From assembly GCA_020726025.1 (NCBI GenBank), contig DYTH01000002.1:1-55616 (forward strand): a stretch of 55,616 nt of DNA, written 5' to 3'. Numbering within the stretch: position 1 is the first letter of the stretch; each line of letters opens with the position of its first letter. A program made the translations under genes and the position numbers. The notes beneath the pieces are model-generated. The model was not told the DNA's origin. It saw only the letters and a list, made by a program, of their open reading frames with translations, and did not search any database. This DNA is from Syntrophus aciditrophicus. Lineage in GTDB: Bacteria; Desulfobacterota; Syntrophia; Syntrophales; UBA5619. This document shows positions 20,483-36,400 of this stretch, in pieces.

Positions 20483-21022
20483 CTAATTTTTAAACGGCAT
20501 CCCCATCAGTTTAAGAAGCTGCCTGGCTTCCTCATCTGTCTTAGCCGTTGTCACAATGGCTATATTCATCCCTCTTAACTTGTCGATCTTATCATAGTCA
20601 ATTTCCGGGAAAATAATCTGTTCCTTGAGACCGAGCGAGAAATTGCCTCTGCCGTCGAAGGCTTTCGACGTTATCCCTCGAAAATCGCGAACCCTTGGCA
20701 GGGCGACGTTAACGAGTCTGTCGAAAAACTCGTACATGCGCTCTCTTCTCAAGGTAACACAACATCCGATGGGCATCCCCTGCCGAAGTTTAAAGGTCGC
20801 TATCGATTTTCGGGCTTTTGTAATTATCGGCTTCTGACCGGTAATTGCCTCGAGTTCAGCCACAGCGCTGTCAATAATTTTGACATTCTGGACGGCCTCA
20901 CCCAGCCCCATGTTAACGACTATCTTGACTATTTTCGGAACTTCCATGGCATTCTTGTAGGAATTAGCCAGGGTGAGCTCCTTTACTGCCTCGTCGATAT
21001 AAAAATCTTTAAGTCTTGCCAT
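20483..21022 (-). CDS. rplE: 50S ribosomal protein L5
   Basis: 179 aa with MARLKDFY...NMGLGEA. Confidence 0.96.
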   Translation of the reverse strand: MARLKDFYIDEAVKELTLANSYKNAMEVPKIVKIVVNMGLGEAVQNVKIIDSAVAELEAITGQKPIITKARKSIATFKLRQGMPIGCCVTLRRERMYEFFDRLVNVALPRVRDFRGITSKAFDGRGNFSLGLKEQIIFPEIDYDKIDKLRGMNIAIVTTAKTDEEARQLLKLMGMPFKN

Positions 21023-21040
21023 TTTTCACCAGCCCACGCT

Positions 21041-21355
21041 TCATAGTATCTCTTGGCATTTGGCGCACACACGCACCTTTTTTCCGTCCTCGAGCATCTT
21101 GTACTTAACTCTGACTCCAACACCACACTTACTGCAGAGATACATCACGTTGGAAATGTGGATCGATCCCTCTTTCTCAATAATGCCGCCCTTGCCCTTG
21201 CCGTCGGGTTTCTGATGTTTTTTGATCAGGTTAACCTTCTCAATAACGACCCTTCCCTTATCAACCAGGACAGTCTGAATCTTCCCGGACTTGCCTTTTT
21301 CCCTGCCGGAGATAACCTTTACCGTATCTCCTTTTTTAAGCTTTTTAATCTCCAT
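21041..21355 (-). CDS. rplX: 50S ribosomal protein L24 (with C-terminal CxxC...CxxC)
   Basis: 104 aa with KKGDTVKVISGREKGKSGKI and a C-terminal CSKC...CAKC. Confidence 0.96.
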   Translation of the reverse strand: MEIKKLKKGDTVKVISGREKGKSGKIQTVLVDKGRVVIEKVNLIKKHQKPDGKGKGGIIEKEGSIHISNVMYLCSKCGVGVRVKYKMLEDGKKVRVCAKCQEIL

Positions 21356-21384
21356 TTTTGATCCCCAGTCTCAAATCGCCCTGT

Positions 21385-21753
21385 CTAAAGCACTTCAGGC
21401 GCCAGCGAAATAATCTTCATAAACTGTTTTGCCCTCAGCTCGCGGGCGACCGGCCCGAATATTCTCGTACCGACAGGTTCCATCTGGTTGGAAACGAGGA
21501 CAGCGGAATTATCGTCGAACTTGAGATAGGACCCGTCCGGCCTTCTAACCTCTTTGACCGTCCGGACAACCACCGCCTTTAGCACATCGCCTTTTTTCAC
21601 CTTGGAATTGGGCAGCGCTTCCTGGACGGCAACCACGATCAAGTCGCCAAGACTTGCATAGCGCCTTTTTGATCCCCCCAGAACCTTCACGCACTTAACC
21701 TTCCGGGCGCCTGAGTTATCGGCAACGTTCAAAATCGTTTGCATCTGTATCAT
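21385..21753 (-). CDS. rplN: 50S ribosomal protein L14
   Basis: [18 protein letters not shown] from the ATG at 21753. The ORF-track start at 21762 is GTG. Confidence 0.96.
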   Translation of the reverse strand: MIQMQTILNVADNSGARKVKCVKVLGGSKRRYASLGDLIVVAVQEALPNSKVKKGDVLKAVVVRTVKEVRRPDGSYLKFDDNSAVLVSNQMEPVGTRIFGPVARELRAKQFMKIISLAPEVL

Positions 21754-21832
21754 AAGTAACACCCCGCCTGCGATAAACCGGCAACTGACATGCTTACTGC
21801 TTACCGGCTTTCATATAACCCATTAATTACGA

Positions 21833-22090
21833 TTATTTAGCTTTCTCTATAATCTGAACCATCCGCCAGCGTTTCTCTTTGCTTAACGGTCTGGATGCAG
21901 CGATCATCACCCTGTCTCCCATGCGGCAGTCGTTATTTTCATCGTGCGCCTTGTACTTGACATACCTTTTGATAAACTTATGAAACACGGGATGTCTGAC
22001 CAGTCTTTCCACACGGACAACCACCGTCTTGTCCATCTTGTCGCTGACAACTACGCCTTCTATCTTGGTTTTCCTGCCCCTGTCTTCCAC
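21833..22090 (-). CDS. rpsQ: 30S ribosomal protein S17
   Basis: 85 aa with [23 protein letters not shown]. Confidence 0.96.
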   Translation of the reverse strand: MEDRGRKTKIEGVVVSDKMDKTVVVRVERLVRHPVFHKFIKRYVKYKAHDENNDCRMGDRVMIAASRPLSKEKRWRMVQIIEKAK

Positions 22091-22281
22091 TACTTTGCCT
22101 CCTTTTCGGCCATCACGGTTTTAACGCGTGCGATATCCTTGCGGACATGACCAATTGTAGCAGTCGATTCCAGTTGCCCGGAGGCATGACGCATCCGCAG
22201 ATTGAAAAACTCCTCGGAAAGCTCTCTGTTTTTCTGCCTTAGCTCGTCCACGCCAAGATCTCTTATATCCTTAATTTTCAT
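22090..22281 (-). CDS. rpmC: 50S ribosomal protein L29
   Basis: 63 aa with [25 protein letters not shown]. Confidence 0.95.
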   Translation of the reverse strand: MKIKDIRDLGVDELRQKNRELSEEFFNLRMRHASGQLESTATIGHVRKDIARVKTVMAEKEAK

Positions 22282-22693
22282 CGGAAACGTCCCTCGAAAC
22301 GAACTTTGTTTTTATCGGCAGCTTGTGAGCCGCCAACAAGAATGCCTCCGTGGCTATTTCTTTTGGTACACCCTCAATCTCGTACAAAACGACGCCCGGC
22401 TTGATAACCGCTACCCAGTCTTCCGGCGCCCCCTTGCCTTTTCCCATTCTTGTCTCGGCAGGTTTCTTTGTAATGGATTTATGGGGAAACACCCGTATCC
22501 AGATTTTGCCGCCTCTTTTAATGTGACGGGTCATGGCGATTCGGGCAGCTTCGATCTGCTTGGAATTAATCCACCCGCATTCCGCGGCCTGAAGGCCAAA
22601 TTCACCAAAGGCAATGGAGGCGCCCCGCGTCGCGGCGCCGCTCATTCGACCTCTTTGTATTTTTCTGTATTTAACCCTTTTAGGCGATAACAT
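22271..22693 (-). CDS. rplP: 50S ribosomal protein L16
   Basis: 140 aa with [19 protein letters not shown]. Confidence 0.97.
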   Translation of the reverse strand: MLSPKRVKYRKIQRGRMSGAATRGASIAFGEFGLQAAECGWINSKQIEAARIAMTRHIKRGGKIWIRVFPHKSITKKPAETRMGKGKGAPEDWVAVIKPGVVLYEIEGVPKEIATEAFLLAAHKLPIKTKFVSRDVSDEN

Positions 22694-22786
22694 GTATCAA
22701 CACCTCGTTCTTTAAACTTGAAGGCTTCGCGTTCCAACCAATTTTCCCGGTGGCGGAATTCAGAATTTGCCCTGCGCTTTTCTTCG

Positions 22787-23431
22787 TTACTTCGGCTCGG
22801 GTCTGCCTGGTAAAACCTCGCCGTGGAAAATAAGAACTTTTACGCCGATCTTCCCGTACGCCGTTTTGGCTTCGGCAAAACCACTGTCAATGTCGGCTCT
22901 TAATGTATGAAGCGGGACACGCCCCTCGCGATACCATTCAGAGCGGGCCATTTCAGCTCCAGCCAGTCGCCCCGCGCAGTTAATCCGTATGCCTTTGGCG
23001 CCGAACTTCATGGCCGTGGTGACCGATTTTTTCATCGCCCTGCGAAAAGCAATCCGTCTTTCGAGCTGCTGAGCAACCCCTTCGGCGACAAGCTGTGCAT
23101 CCGCTTCAGGCTTCCGGACTTCCAGTATGTTAACAATGACCTCATTTGAGGTAATTGCCTCGACGTCCTTTTTGAGTTTCTCAATCTCCGCGCCTTTTTT
23201 CCCGATGATGATTCCGGGACGGGCCGCGTGTATATTGACCTTCACCTTGCCAGCCGCTCTTTCTATCTCAATCTTCGAGATGCCGGCGCTGAAAAGTTTC
23301 TCTTTCAGGAATTTGCGCACCTTAATGTCTTCGTGGAGCAGCTTTGAAAAATCGCCCTGCGAATACCACTGAGATTTCCATGTTTTGATTCCGCCAAGCC
23401 TGAGCCCGATCGGGTTTACCTTCTGCCCCAA
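22787..23431 (-). CDS. rpsC: 30S ribosomal protein S3
   Basis: 214 aa with [13 protein letters not shown]. Confidence 0.97.
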   Translation of the reverse strand: MGQKVNPIGLRLGGIKTWKSQWYSQGDFSKLLHEDIKVRKFLKEKLFSAGISKIEIERAAGKVKVNIHAARPGIIIGKKGAEIEKLKKDVEAITSNEVIVNILEVRKPEADAQLVAEGVAQQLERRIAFRRAMKKSVTTAMKFGAKGIRINCAGRLAGAEMARSEWYREGRVPLHTLRADIDSGFAEAKTAYGKIGVKVLIFHGEVLPGRPEPK

Positions 23432-23451
23432 ACTCTCACCTCCTCAAAGAT

Positions 23452-23784
23452 TTACTGCTCATCCAGGACCACGGTTATATGGCTGGTGCGTTTTTTTATC
23501 GAAGCAGCCCGCCCCTGGGCACGCGCCCTCCACCTTTTCAGGGATGGCCCCTGATCGACAAATATCTCTTTCACGTAGAGGATATGCTCATCAATGTCCG
23601 GGTTCTGCCTGGCATTGGCCAGAGCAGACAACAATGCCTTCTGCACCGGCTCCGCGGCGTACTTCGTCGTAAACTGCAGAAGCACCCGTGCATCCTCGAC
23701 ACGCTTTCCCCGGATCAGGTCTGCGACAAGCCTGACCTTCTGGGGTGACATCCTGATATATTTTGCAACTGCTTTTGCCTGCAT
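23452..23784 (-). CDS. rplV: 50S ribosomal protein L22
   Basis: 110 aa from the ATG at 23784 (GGAGCGGGAA immediately upstream): [20 protein letters not shown]. The 161-aa ORF-track version would overlap rpsS by 100 nt. Confidence 0.94.
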   Translation of the reverse strand: MQAKAVAKYIRMSPQKVRLVADLIRGKRVEDARVLLQFTTKYAAEPVQKALLSALANARQNPDIDEHILYVKEIFVDQGPSLKRWRARAQGRAASIKKRTSHITVVLDEQ

Positions 23785-23836
23785 TTCCCGCTCCAAAGTG
23801 CTGCAGTAAAGTGTCAATGAAAAAACCTGTTGCGCG

Positions 23837-24118
23837 CTATTTGCGCAGCTTTGTTTTCCGATCCCCGGCATGGCTGTAAAACGTCCGTGTCGGTGAAAAC
23901 TCGCCCAATTTGTGACCAACCATGTTCTCGGTAACAAAAACGGGGATGAACTTCTTCCCGTTATGTATGGCGAAGGTCTGGCCGATGAGTTCCGGCGTTA
24001 TCGTGGAACGGCGCGACCACGTCTTGATTACGGCCTTGTTGCCATCGGTATCCTGTCTTCTGACTTTTTCCAGAAGGCTCTTATCAATAAAAGGACCTTT
24101 TTTGATTGATCGTGCCAC
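23837..24118 (-). CDS. rpsS: 30S ribosomal protein S19
   Basis: 93 aa with [12 protein letters not shown]. Confidence 0.97.
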   Translation of the reverse strand: MARSIKKGPFIDKSLLEKVRRQDTDGNKAVIKTWSRRSTITPELIGQTFAIHNGKKFIPVFVTENMVGHKLGEFSPTRTFYSHAGDRKTKLRK

Positions 24119-24120
24119 GC

Positions 24121-24942
24121 CTAACCTCTTCTCTTCACAATATATTTGTCAGTACTTTTGTTGGTCCGCGTCTTATGTCCCTTTGTGGGTATCCCCCACG
24201 GGGTGCAGGGATGACGACCGCCAGAAGACCGGCCCTCGCCGCCGCCCATCGGGTGGTCAACCGGGTTCATAACAACGCCCCTGACATGAGGCGACTTCCC
24301 CATCCATCGTTTCCTGCCGGCCTTGCCGATACTGACATTTTCATGATCAAGATTGCCGACCTGGCCAATGGTGGCCCTGCACTCTTCGAAGACCTTGCGC
24401 ACTTCTCCGGAAGGGAGGCGCACCAGGGCATATCCGTTTTCTTTAGCCATCAACTGTCCATAAGCGCCTGCGGACCGGACAAGCTGTGCGCCTTTGCCAA
24501 CCTTCAGCTCGATGTTGTGAATCAGCGTTCCCAGAGGAATATTCTTCAACGGAACCGTATTGCCGGGTTTGATGTCCGCGGTAAGGCCGCTTACAACGGT
24601 GTCGCCGACCGACAACTTCGCTGGGGCAATGATGTATCTTTTTTCGCCGTCAACGTAATTGAGAAGCGCTATTCTCGAGGTTCTGTTTGGATCGTATTCG
24701 ATCGCGGCTACTTTGGCGTCTATTTCGTCCTTCGTCCTCGTGAAGTCAATGACCCTGAACTGCCTTTTATGACCACCGCCGATGTAACGACTGGTTATAC
24801 GGCCGTTGCAGTTGCGTCCGCCGCTCTTCTTCAGGGGCTTGAGCAGGCTTTTTTCCGGCTTGTCCTTCGTGATCTCCGCAAAATCGGAACAGGTCTGGAA
24901 TCTTCTTCCTGGCGATGTTGGCTTGTATTTTCTTATTCCCAT
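24121..24942 (-). CDS. rplB: 50S ribosomal protein L2
   Basis: 273 aa with KPTSPGRR...GGGEGR. Confidence 0.97.
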   Translation of the reverse strand: MGIRKYKPTSPGRRFQTCSDFAEITKDKPEKSLLKPLKKSGGRNCNGRITSRYIGGGHKRQFRVIDFTRTKDEIDAKVAAIEYDPNRTSRIALLNYVDGEKRYIIAPAKLSVGDTVVSGLTADIKPGNTVPLKNIPLGTLIHNIELKVGKGAQLVRSAGAYGQLMAKENGYALVRLPSGEVRKVFEECRATIGQVGNLDHENVSIGKAGRKRWMGKSPHVRGVVMNPVDHPMGGGEGRSSGGRHPCTPWGIPTKGHKTRTNKSTDKYIVKRRG

Positions 24943-25003
24943 CCGCTTGCTTCCTTATTTTCGAAATATATATGCCTGATATTTGTCTTCAGCCGCCGCT
25001 TTT

Positions 25004-25285
25004 TTACTGCAGGGACTCGATCCTGTTCTCGGGAGCAAGCGTAACTACTGCTTTCTTCCAGTCTTTTCTCTTTCCAAGAACCTTGCCAACCCTTTTGAGC
25101 TTCCCGTGAACGTTGATGACCCTGACTGAAGTGACAGAAACCTTGAATATCTTCTCGACGGCTTGCTTAACCTCTATCCTGTTAGCCTTGGGATTAACTT
25201 CAAAGTTATACTGGTTGGCCTGATCGCGCATTATTGTGCTTTTTTCAGTCAGCAGCATTTTTTTAATGACCTGATAAAGTTCCAT
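25004..25285 (-). CDS. rplW: 50S ribosomal protein L23
   Basis: 93 aa with LLTEKS...FEVNPKANRIEVKQAVE. Confidence 0.95.
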   Translation of the reverse strand: MELYQVIKKMLLTEKSTIMRDQANQYNFEVNPKANRIEVKQAVEKIFKVSVTSVRVINVHGKLKRVGKVLGKRKDWKKAVVTLAPENRIESLQ

Positions 25286-25908
25286 TACGCTGTCAAGACC
25301 CCCTCAATTTTAATCACCGCCGGTTCAAGAAAAACAACATGTTCATACTTCAGCAGATCGTACACATTGACCCCTTCAGAGCGGATCATCTTGACATCCG
25401 GGATGTTGCGCGATGATTTCAATAAAAGCTCGTTATTTCCATCAATGACGAACAGGGCTTTTTTGAATCCAAATACATCCAGAACCTGCTGGAACTTTTT
25501 TGTTTTTATCTCATCCATCGGAAAATCCCGGAGGATTGTCATTTGGTCTTCGTTAAATTTCATGCTCAAGGCGGACACAAGGGCGAGACGCCGCACCTTT
25601 TTGGGAACGGAAAAGGCGTAGCTGCGGGGTTTAGGCCCAAAAATAACTCCACCGGTTCTCCAGATGGGCGACCGGGAATGTCCCGCACGCGCCCTGCCTG
25701 TGCCCTTCTGTCGCCACGGTTTTTTACCGCCGCCCCTCACTTCGCTTCTGCCCTTGGTAGAGGCAGTTCCACTCCGGCCGCCTGCCATCTGCATCCGCAC
25801 GACCTGATAGATGACATCCTCATTTACCGGGGCTCCGAATACAGAATCATTCAACTCTATATCCGACACTTTTTGATTTTCTATATTGTAAACACCTGCT
25901 GTTGGCAT
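25285..25908 (-). CDS. rplD: 50S ribosomal protein L4
   Basis: 207 aa with KPWRQKGTGRARAGHSRSPIW. Confidence 0.96.
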   Translation of the reverse strand: MPTAGVYNIENQKVSDIELNDSVFGAPVNEDVIYQVVRMQMAGGRSGTASTKGRSEVRGGGKKPWRQKGTGRARAGHSRSPIWRTGGVIFGPKPRSYAFSVPKKVRRLALVSALSMKFNEDQMTILRDFPMDEIKTKKFQQVLDVFGFKKALFVIDGNNELLLKSSRNIPDVKMIRSEGVNVYDLLKYEHVVFLEPAVIKIEGVLTA

Positions 25909-25926
25909 TTTTCCACCTGAAGAAAC

Positions 25927-26568
25927 TTATTTACCTTCTTTACCCTTTTTTATTGCCTGCTTTACCACGACAAAGGCGTTTTTGTTCCCGGGGACTGCCC
26001 CTTTGACAAGCAGGGCATTCAGCTCCGGCCTGACAGCCCATACAACGAGGTTCTGGACAGTTTTTCTATCCGTACCCATATGCCCGGGCAGTTTTGTTCC
26101 CTTGAAAACCCTGGAGGGGTCTGCACTGGCGCCGATCGATCCGGGGGCCCTGTGAAACATCGAACCATGACTTGCCCGACCTCCGCCGAAACCGTGCCGC
26201 TTGATAACACCCGCAAAACCCTTCCCTTTGGTCGTGCCGACGACATCGACAAAATCACCGGGGGCAAACATATCAATGCTGATCTCCTGGCCCACCTCGT
26301 ATCCTTCGGTGTCTCCTTTGAACTCTCTGAGAATCCTGAAATAACCCTTATCAGCCTTCCTGAGATGTCCCTGGAGGGGCTTGGTCAATTTACGCTGACT
26401 GACCCTGCCGTAGCCGAGTTGAAGCGCATCGTATCCGTCTTTAGCGGATGTCTTTTTCTGAACGACGACAGACGGTTCCACCTCGATTACCGTGACCGGG
26501 ACAAAAATGCCATCCTCGGAAAAAACCTCGGTCATTCCCAATTTTTTTCCAATCAATCCTCTTGTCAT
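25927..26568 (-). CDS. rplC: 50S ribosomal protein L3
   Basis: MTRGLIGKKLGMTEVF from the ATG at 26568. The ORF-track start at 26580 is TTG. Confidence 0.95.
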   Translation of the reverse strand: MTRGLIGKKLGMTEVFSEDGIFVPVTVIEVEPSVVVQKKTSAKDGYDALQLGYGRVSQRKLTKPLQGHLRKADKGYFRILREFKGDTEGYEVGQEISIDMFAPGDFVDVVGTTKGKGFAGVIKRHGFGGGRASHGSMFHRAPGSIGASADPSRVFKGTKLPGHMGTDRKTVQNLVVWAVRPELNALLVKGAVPGNKNAFVVVKQAIKKGKEGK

Positions 26569-26624
26569 GCTCACACTCAATAAGCGACTTTAACGCCAAA
26601 GACCGCTTTATCCTTCCGGCGTAA

Positions 26625-26933
26625 TTATAGTTTAATCTCGACATCCACCCCTGACGAGAGATCGAGCTTCATCAGGGCATCAACCGTTGCCTGCGTGGGC
26701 TCAACGATATCGATCAATCGTTTATGGGTTCTGATCTCCAACTGCTCGCGGGATTTCTTGTCAACATGCGGAGACCGGTTGACACAGTACTTGTTGATCT
26801 CCGTCGGCAGTGGAACAGGGCCGCCTACACGCGCACCGGTTTTCCTGGCCGTTTCCACGATGTCATCCGCTGAGCGGTCAAGCAATTTGTAGTCATACGC
26901 CTTGAGGCGAATCCTTATCTTCTGATCTTTCAT
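26625..26933 (-). CDS. rpsJ: 30S ribosomal protein S10
   Basis: 102 aa with [15 protein letters not shown]. Confidence 0.97.
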   Translation of the reverse strand: MKDQKIRIRLKAYDYKLLDRSADDIVETARKTGARVGGPVPLPTEINKYCVNRSPHVDKKSREQLEIRTHKRLIDIVEPTQATVDALMKLDLSSGVDVEIKL

Positions 26934-26964
26934 AGTTTAGCTCAAGTCCCGTCAACTCAGGTTT

Positions 26965-28158
26965 TTATTCAAATATCTTGCTGACAACGCCGGCGCCGAC
27001 CGTCCTGCCGCCTTCGCGGATAGCGAAACGAAGCTGATCTTCCATGGCGATGGGGGTAATCAATTCCACACTCATCTCCACGTTGTCTCCCGGCATGACC
27101 ATTTCGATCCCTTCAGGAAGCGTGGCTACGCCCGTCACATCCGTTGTGCGGAAGTAGAACTGGGGTCTGTACCCGGTGAAGAACGGCGTGTGTCGCCCGC
27201 CTTCTTCCTTGCTGAGAACATAGACCTGAGCCTTGAACTTCGTATGCGGGGTAATGGAACCCGGCTTGGCCACAACCTGACCTCTTTCAACTTCTTCGCG
27301 CTTGGTCCCGCGGAGGAGCAATCCAACGTCGTCGCCCGCACGGCCTTCATCCAGTGTTTTACGGAACATCTCCACGCCTGTGCAGACCGTTTTGAAGGTC
27401 GGCCGGATGCCGATGATCTCGACTTCATCACCGGTGTGAACGATCCCTCTGTCAATACGGCCGGTGACAACCGTGCCGCGGCCGGAAATGGTGAACACAT
27501 CTCCCACCGGCATGAGGAAGGGTTTGTCAAGGTCGCGTACCGGCTCAGGGATATAACTGTCCACTGCATCCATCAGATCCCAGATGGATTTAGCATCCGG
27601 ATGCTTAGGATCGTCTGCCTCAAGGGCCTTCAGTGCCGAGCCCCGGATAATAGGAATATCGTCGCCCGGAAAATCGTAGGCGGTGAGGAGTTCCCTGAGT
27701 TCAAGCTCGACCAGATCGAGAAGTTCCGGATCGTCAACAAGATCGCATTTATTCATATAGACAACAACGGAGGGCACCTGCACCTGACGGGCAAGGAGAA
27801 TGTGCTCCCTGGTCTGAGGCATCGGGCCGTCGGACGCGGCGACGACAAGGATGGTTCCATCCATGTGGGCGGCGCCGGAAATCATGTTTTTGATATAGTC
27901 AGCATGGCCCGGGCAGTCAACGTGGGCGTAATGACGCTTATCCGTCTGGTATTCAACATGGGATATGTTGATTGTTACCCCGCGCTCTTTTTCCTCGGGT
28001 GCGTTGTCAATCGAGTCAAATGGTCGATACTCCGCATACCCTTTGGAGGCCAGATGCTTTGTTATCGCGGCCGTTAAGGTAGTCTTGCCATGATCGACAT
28101 GGCCAATCGTACCGATATTCAAGTGCGGCTTTGTCCTCTCAAATTTCTTTTTAGCCAT
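26965..28158 (-). CDS. tuf: Elongation factor Tu
   Basis: 397 aa with [18 protein letters not shown] and NKCD GTPase motifs. Confidence 0.98.
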   Translation of the reverse strand: MAKKKFERTKPHLNIGTIGHVDHGKTTLTAAITKHLASKGYAEYRPFDSIDNAPEEKERGVTINISHVEYQTDKRHYAHVDCPGHADYIKNMISGAAHMDGTILVVAASDGPMPQTREHILLARQVQVPSVVVYMNKCDLVDDPELLDLVELELRELLTAYDFPGDDIPIIRGSALKALEADDPKHPDAKSIWDLMDAVDSYIPEPVRDLDKPFLMPVGDVFTISGRGTVVTGRIDRGIVHTGDEVEIIGIRPTFKTVCTGVEMFRKTLDEGRAGDDVGLLLRGTKREEVERGQVVAKPGSITPHTKFKAQVYVLSKEEGGRHTPFFTGYRPQFYFRTTDVTGVATLPEGIEMVMPGDNVEMSVELITPIAMEDQLRFAIREGGRTVGAGVVSKIFE

Positions 28159-28234
28159 CTCAGACCTCCTTAAAACATTAAAAAATTATGTTCGTTGTTT
28201 AAATTACGCACGATGCTCTTACAGGCATTCCCTG

Positions 28235-28708
28235 TTAAAATCTGTAGTGGGCAAAGGCCTTGTTCGCTTCGGCCATCTTGTGAACGGCCTCTCTTTTCTT
28301 GATTGCCCCGCCACGGTTATTTGCCGCGTCAATCAGCTCACCGGCAAGCTTCTCCCGCATTGTCTTTTCCGAGCGTTCTTTGGCGTTCGCTATGAGCCAG
28401 CGAATCCCCAGCGCCATTCTGCGGGAAGGGTTAACCTCCGTCGGAACCTGATAGGTGGAGCCGCCCACGCGCCTTGACTTGACTTCAATGATCGGCTTCA
28501 CATTGCTGACGGCCTTTTCAAAAACTTCCACAGGAACGGCATCCTTCATCTTGTTTTCAATAATATCGAATGCCCCGTACAAAATGGACTCCGCCGTACT
28601 CTTCTTGCCGCACTTGAGCAAATTGTTAATAAATTTGGCGACAAGCCGGTTATTGTATTTAGGATCTGGGAGCACTTCCCTTTTCGCTATTTCTCTTCTC
28701 CTCGGCAT
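28235..28708 (-). CDS. rpsG: 30S ribosomal protein S7
   Basis: 157 aa with [19 protein letters not shown]. Confidence 0.97.
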   Translation of the reverse strand: MPRRREIAKREVLPDPKYNNRLVAKFINNLLKCGKKSTAESILYGAFDIIENKMKDAVPVEVFEKAVSNVKPIIEVKSRRVGGSTYQVPTEVNPSRRMALGIRWLIANAKERSEKTMREKLAGELIDAANNRGGAIKKREAVHKMAEANKAFAHYRF

Positions 28709-28723
28709 AACCTTATATCTCCG

Positions 28724-29095
28724 TTAACCAGGCCTCTTGGCGCCGTATTTTGATCTGCCCTGTTTTCTGTCCTGAACCCCGACTGCATCCAGGGTTCCCC
28801 TGACTATGTGGTAACGCACGCCGGGGAGATCCTTGACGCGCCCGCCGCGAACCAGAACAACCGAGTGCTCCTGCAAATTATGCCCCACCCCGGGAATGTA
28901 GGAAGTCACCTCGTAACCGCTCGTAAGACGAACCCTGGCAACCTTCCTTAAGGCCGAGTTCGGCTTCTTCGGCGTGGAGGTGTAAACCCTGACGCACACC
29001 CCTCTTCGCTGCGGAGACCCAACCAATGCGGGCGTTGTAGCTTTTCTGCTTATCTTGGACCGCCCTTTTCTCACTAACTGATTTATCGTCGGCAT
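28724..29095 (-). CDS. rpsL: 30S ribosomal protein S12
   Basis: [12 protein letters not shown] from the ATG at 29095, with GGGAGGG just upstream. The ORF-track start is 6 codons longer. Confidence 0.96.
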   Translation of the reverse strand: MPTINQLVRKGRSKISRKATTPALVGSPQRRGVCVRVYTSTPKKPNSALRKVARVRLTSGYEVTSYIPGVGHNLQEHSVVLVRGGRVKDLPGVRYHIVRGTLDAVGVQDRKQGRSKYGAKRPG

Positions 29096-29153
29096 TAACC
29101 CTCCCGGTTCCAATAACGCGCTCTTTATTTGTCTGAACCCGTAAAAGAGCGAT

Positions 29154-29182
29154 TAAATATCAACTTGCCTGGTAGTTGTCAA
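29154..29182 (-). promoter_or_regulatory. Candidate promoter of the rpsL-rpsG-tuf-S10 transcription unit
   Basis: Minus-sense TTGACA (29177-29182), a 17-nt spacer, and TGaTATTTA (extended -10, hexamer at 29154-29159). It sits in the 105-nt gap between the rpoC stop and the rpsL start. Confidence 0.5.
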
Positions 29183-29200
29183 GCATTTTCTGTGTAAATC

Positions 29201-33352
<4,152 letters not shown>

Positions 33353-33451
33353 GAATTTTATCTCCTAAAATAAGCAAAAGTAACGGGCGCCGCAGGTCTT
33401 GCCGCCTGCGTGACTCTCAAGCCGAAGCCTGAGCGGATCCTGAAGCTTAAG

Positions 33452-36400
33452 CTATTTTTCTTCAATCAAATCAACGTCCAAACAAAGGCTCTGAAGCTCC
33501 TTGACGAGAACGTTGAAGGATTCCGGCAATCCGGGCTCGAAGGTATGTTCGCCCTTGACTATTGCCTCGTAAATACGGGTTCTTCCGGCAACATCGTCGG
33601 ACTTGACGGTGAGAAACTCCTGCAGGGTGTAGGCGGCGCCGTACGCCTCGATGGCCCACACCTCCATCTCTCCGAGTCTCTGTCCGCCAAACTGCGCCTT
33701 CCCGCCCAGCGGCTGCTGGGTAACCAGCGAGTACGGCCCGATCGACCGGGCGTGGATTTTGTTGTCAACCAGATGGTGAAGTTTCAGCATGTAGATGATG
33801 CCGACCGTTATTTTCTGGCTGAACGGCTCGCCGGTCCGTCCGTCGTACAGAACCGTCTGGCCGGATTCATCCAGATCGGCGGATTTAAGCATCCCGTTGA
33901 TGTCTTTTTCATCCGCCCCGTCAAAAACGGGGGTTGCCACCAGAACGCCCCTCTTGAGACGCCGGGCAAAGGCGATGATTTCGTCGTCACTGGCCTTTTT
34001 AAGGAAATCATCAAACTGCGGTGAAGAATAGACCTTCTTCATCTCCTTCTTTACATCAGCAAGCCCTCGATTTCGCTGTATAAGCTTGTTTATCTTCTCC
34101 CCGGCGCCTTTGGCTGCCAGCCCCAGGTGCGTCTCCAGTATCTGCCCCACGTTCATGCGGGAGGGAACCCCCAGCGGATTCAGCACGATATCGACCGGTG
34201 TGCCGTCTTTCAGGTAAGGCATATCCTCCTCCGGGAGTATCCGGGAAAGGACGCCCTTGTTGCCGTGACGACCCGCCATCTTGTCCCCGACGGAAAGCTT
34301 TCTCTTGATGGCGACGTAAACCTTGACCAATTTGATTACCCCCGGGGGCAGCTCATCACCGGCGGTAAGTTTTTCGATTTTTCCATCAAAATAGGCGTTG
34401 ACAAACTCTTTTTTGCGGGCAAGGTTGTCGTAAAGAATGCCGATCTGTTTTTCCGTCTCTTCGTCGCCCTCAAGGGAGACCTCCCGCCACGTCTCGATAT
34501 CCGTTTTGTTGAGAACGTCTTCGGTAATGGTGTCTCCCTTTTTGAAAAGAATGTGCTTTTTCTTCGCGTCGAGAACCTTCCCGGCGGTTTTCTTTCCCGT
34601 CAGCAGTTCGAATATCTGTTTTTTGACGCCATCGGCAATAATGCGGATCTCTTCGTCGCGATCCTTCTTGATCTGATTGACGGCCTCCGTTTCGATGGTT
34701 CGGGAGCGGCTGTCCTTCTCCGTCCCCTTGCGGGAGAATATCTTGGCATCAATGACGGTGCCCTCCACCCCCGGCGGAACCCTGAGCGACGTATCGCGGA
34801 CGTCGCTGGCCTTTTCTCCAAAAATGGCGCGCAGAAGTTTTTCCTCGGCGGAAAGCTGGGTCTCGCCTTTCGGGGTAATCTTGCCGACCAGAATGTCGCC
34901 GGGCTTCACCGCAACACCCATGCTCACGATTCCGCTGTCGTCAAGATGCCGGAGCACATCCTCGCCGAGATTCGGGATATCGCGTGTTATCTCCTCCTTG
35001 CCAAGCTTGGTGTCCCTCGCCATCACCTCGAATTCTTCAATGTGGATGGATGTGAAGATATCTTCCTTGACGATTCTCTCGCTGACCAGGATGGAGTCTT
35101 CGTAATTGTACCCGCCCCAGGACATGAACGCCACCATGACGTTTCTTCCCAGTGCCAACTCCCCGTTGTCGGTCGCGGGACCGTCGGCGATGATCTCCCC
35201 CTTGCGGACCTTCTGCCCCCTGCTGACGATTGGTTTCTGGTTGAAACATGTATCCTGATTGGAGCGTTTGTATTTGATGAGATTGTAGATATCAACGCCC
35301 GTGTCGAGGCTGTCCTTTTCGGGATTGCTGCACTTTACCACGATCCGTGAAGCATCGACGCTTTCGACAACCCCGTCACGACGGGCGGCGACAACGGCGC
35401 CGGAATCACGCGCAACGTAGAGTTCCATCCCGGTCCCGACAATGGGCACCTCCGGCGCCATCAGCGGAACGGCCTGCCTCTGCATGTTCGAGCCCATCAG
35501 CGCGCGGTTGGCGTCGTCGTGCTCCAGAAAGGGGATCAGGGTCGCCGCCACGCTGACAAGCTGGGTCGGCGATACGTCCATCATGCTCACATCTTCCGGA
35601 ACGACGGCAAGAAAGTCTGGCCCCCGCCTGGCGGGAATGAGCTGTTCGAGAAAGTGGCCCTCCGGACTAAGCGGCCTGTCCGCCTGGGCAATGACGAGAT
35701 TTTCCTCTTCAATTGCCGTCAGGTACTTGATTTCGTCAAACACCTGGCCATTTTCGACAATCCGGTACGGGGTTTCGATAAAACCGAACTCGTTGACCCG
35801 GGCATAGGTGCTGAGTGAAACGATCAGACCGATATTGGGACCTTCCGGCGTTTCCACCGGACAGATGCGGCCGTAGTGGGAAGGATGAACATCGCGCACC
35901 TCGAATCCCGCCCTTTCCCTGGTGAGACCTCCCGGCCCCAGGGCGGACAGTCTCCGTTTATGGGTAATCTCCGAAAGAGGGTTGGTCTGATCCATGAACT
36001 GGGAAAGCTGGCTGCTTCCGAAGAACTCATTCACAATGGCTGAAACCGGCTTGGCGTTCACGAGATCGTGCGGCATCATCGTTTCGATGTCCTGCAGCGT
36101 CATCTTTTCCTTGATCGCCCGCTCCATGCGGACCAGGCCGATCCGGTACTGGTTTTCGATCAGCTCGCCGACGGAACGGACGCGCCGGTTACCCAGATGA
36201 TCGATATCATCGACGCTGCATTCCGCAGAGCCGTTTTTCAGATCGATCAAGTACTTGACCGCAGACATGATGTCTTCGTTGCGGAGCACCGTCACATCCT
36301 TGGGGACATCAAGACGAAGCTTGTAATTCATCTTGGCTCGTCCCACATCGGAGAGATCGTAGGTCTCCGGCGTGAAAAAAAGACTCTGGAAAAACTTTGC

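Noticed and set aside
23785-23937. N-terminal extensions proposed by the ORF track (rplV +51 aa; likewise rpoB, rpsL, rplK, rplN, rplC, rpmD, rplM, and the C10 peptidase 50191-50265)
   Set aside because: The extensions overlap upstream genes or lack Shine-Dalgarno support, and several start at TTG or GTG. Conserved N-termini and SD spacing support the shorter forms.
33435-33451. Back-to-back BamHI, HindIII and AflII sites (GGATCCTGAAGCTTAAG) in the rpoB-rpoC spacer, resembling a polylinker
   Set aside because: There is no other vector-like sequence. The flanking genes are intact and in native order, and the rpoB stop abuts the stretch. It is most likely coincidence.
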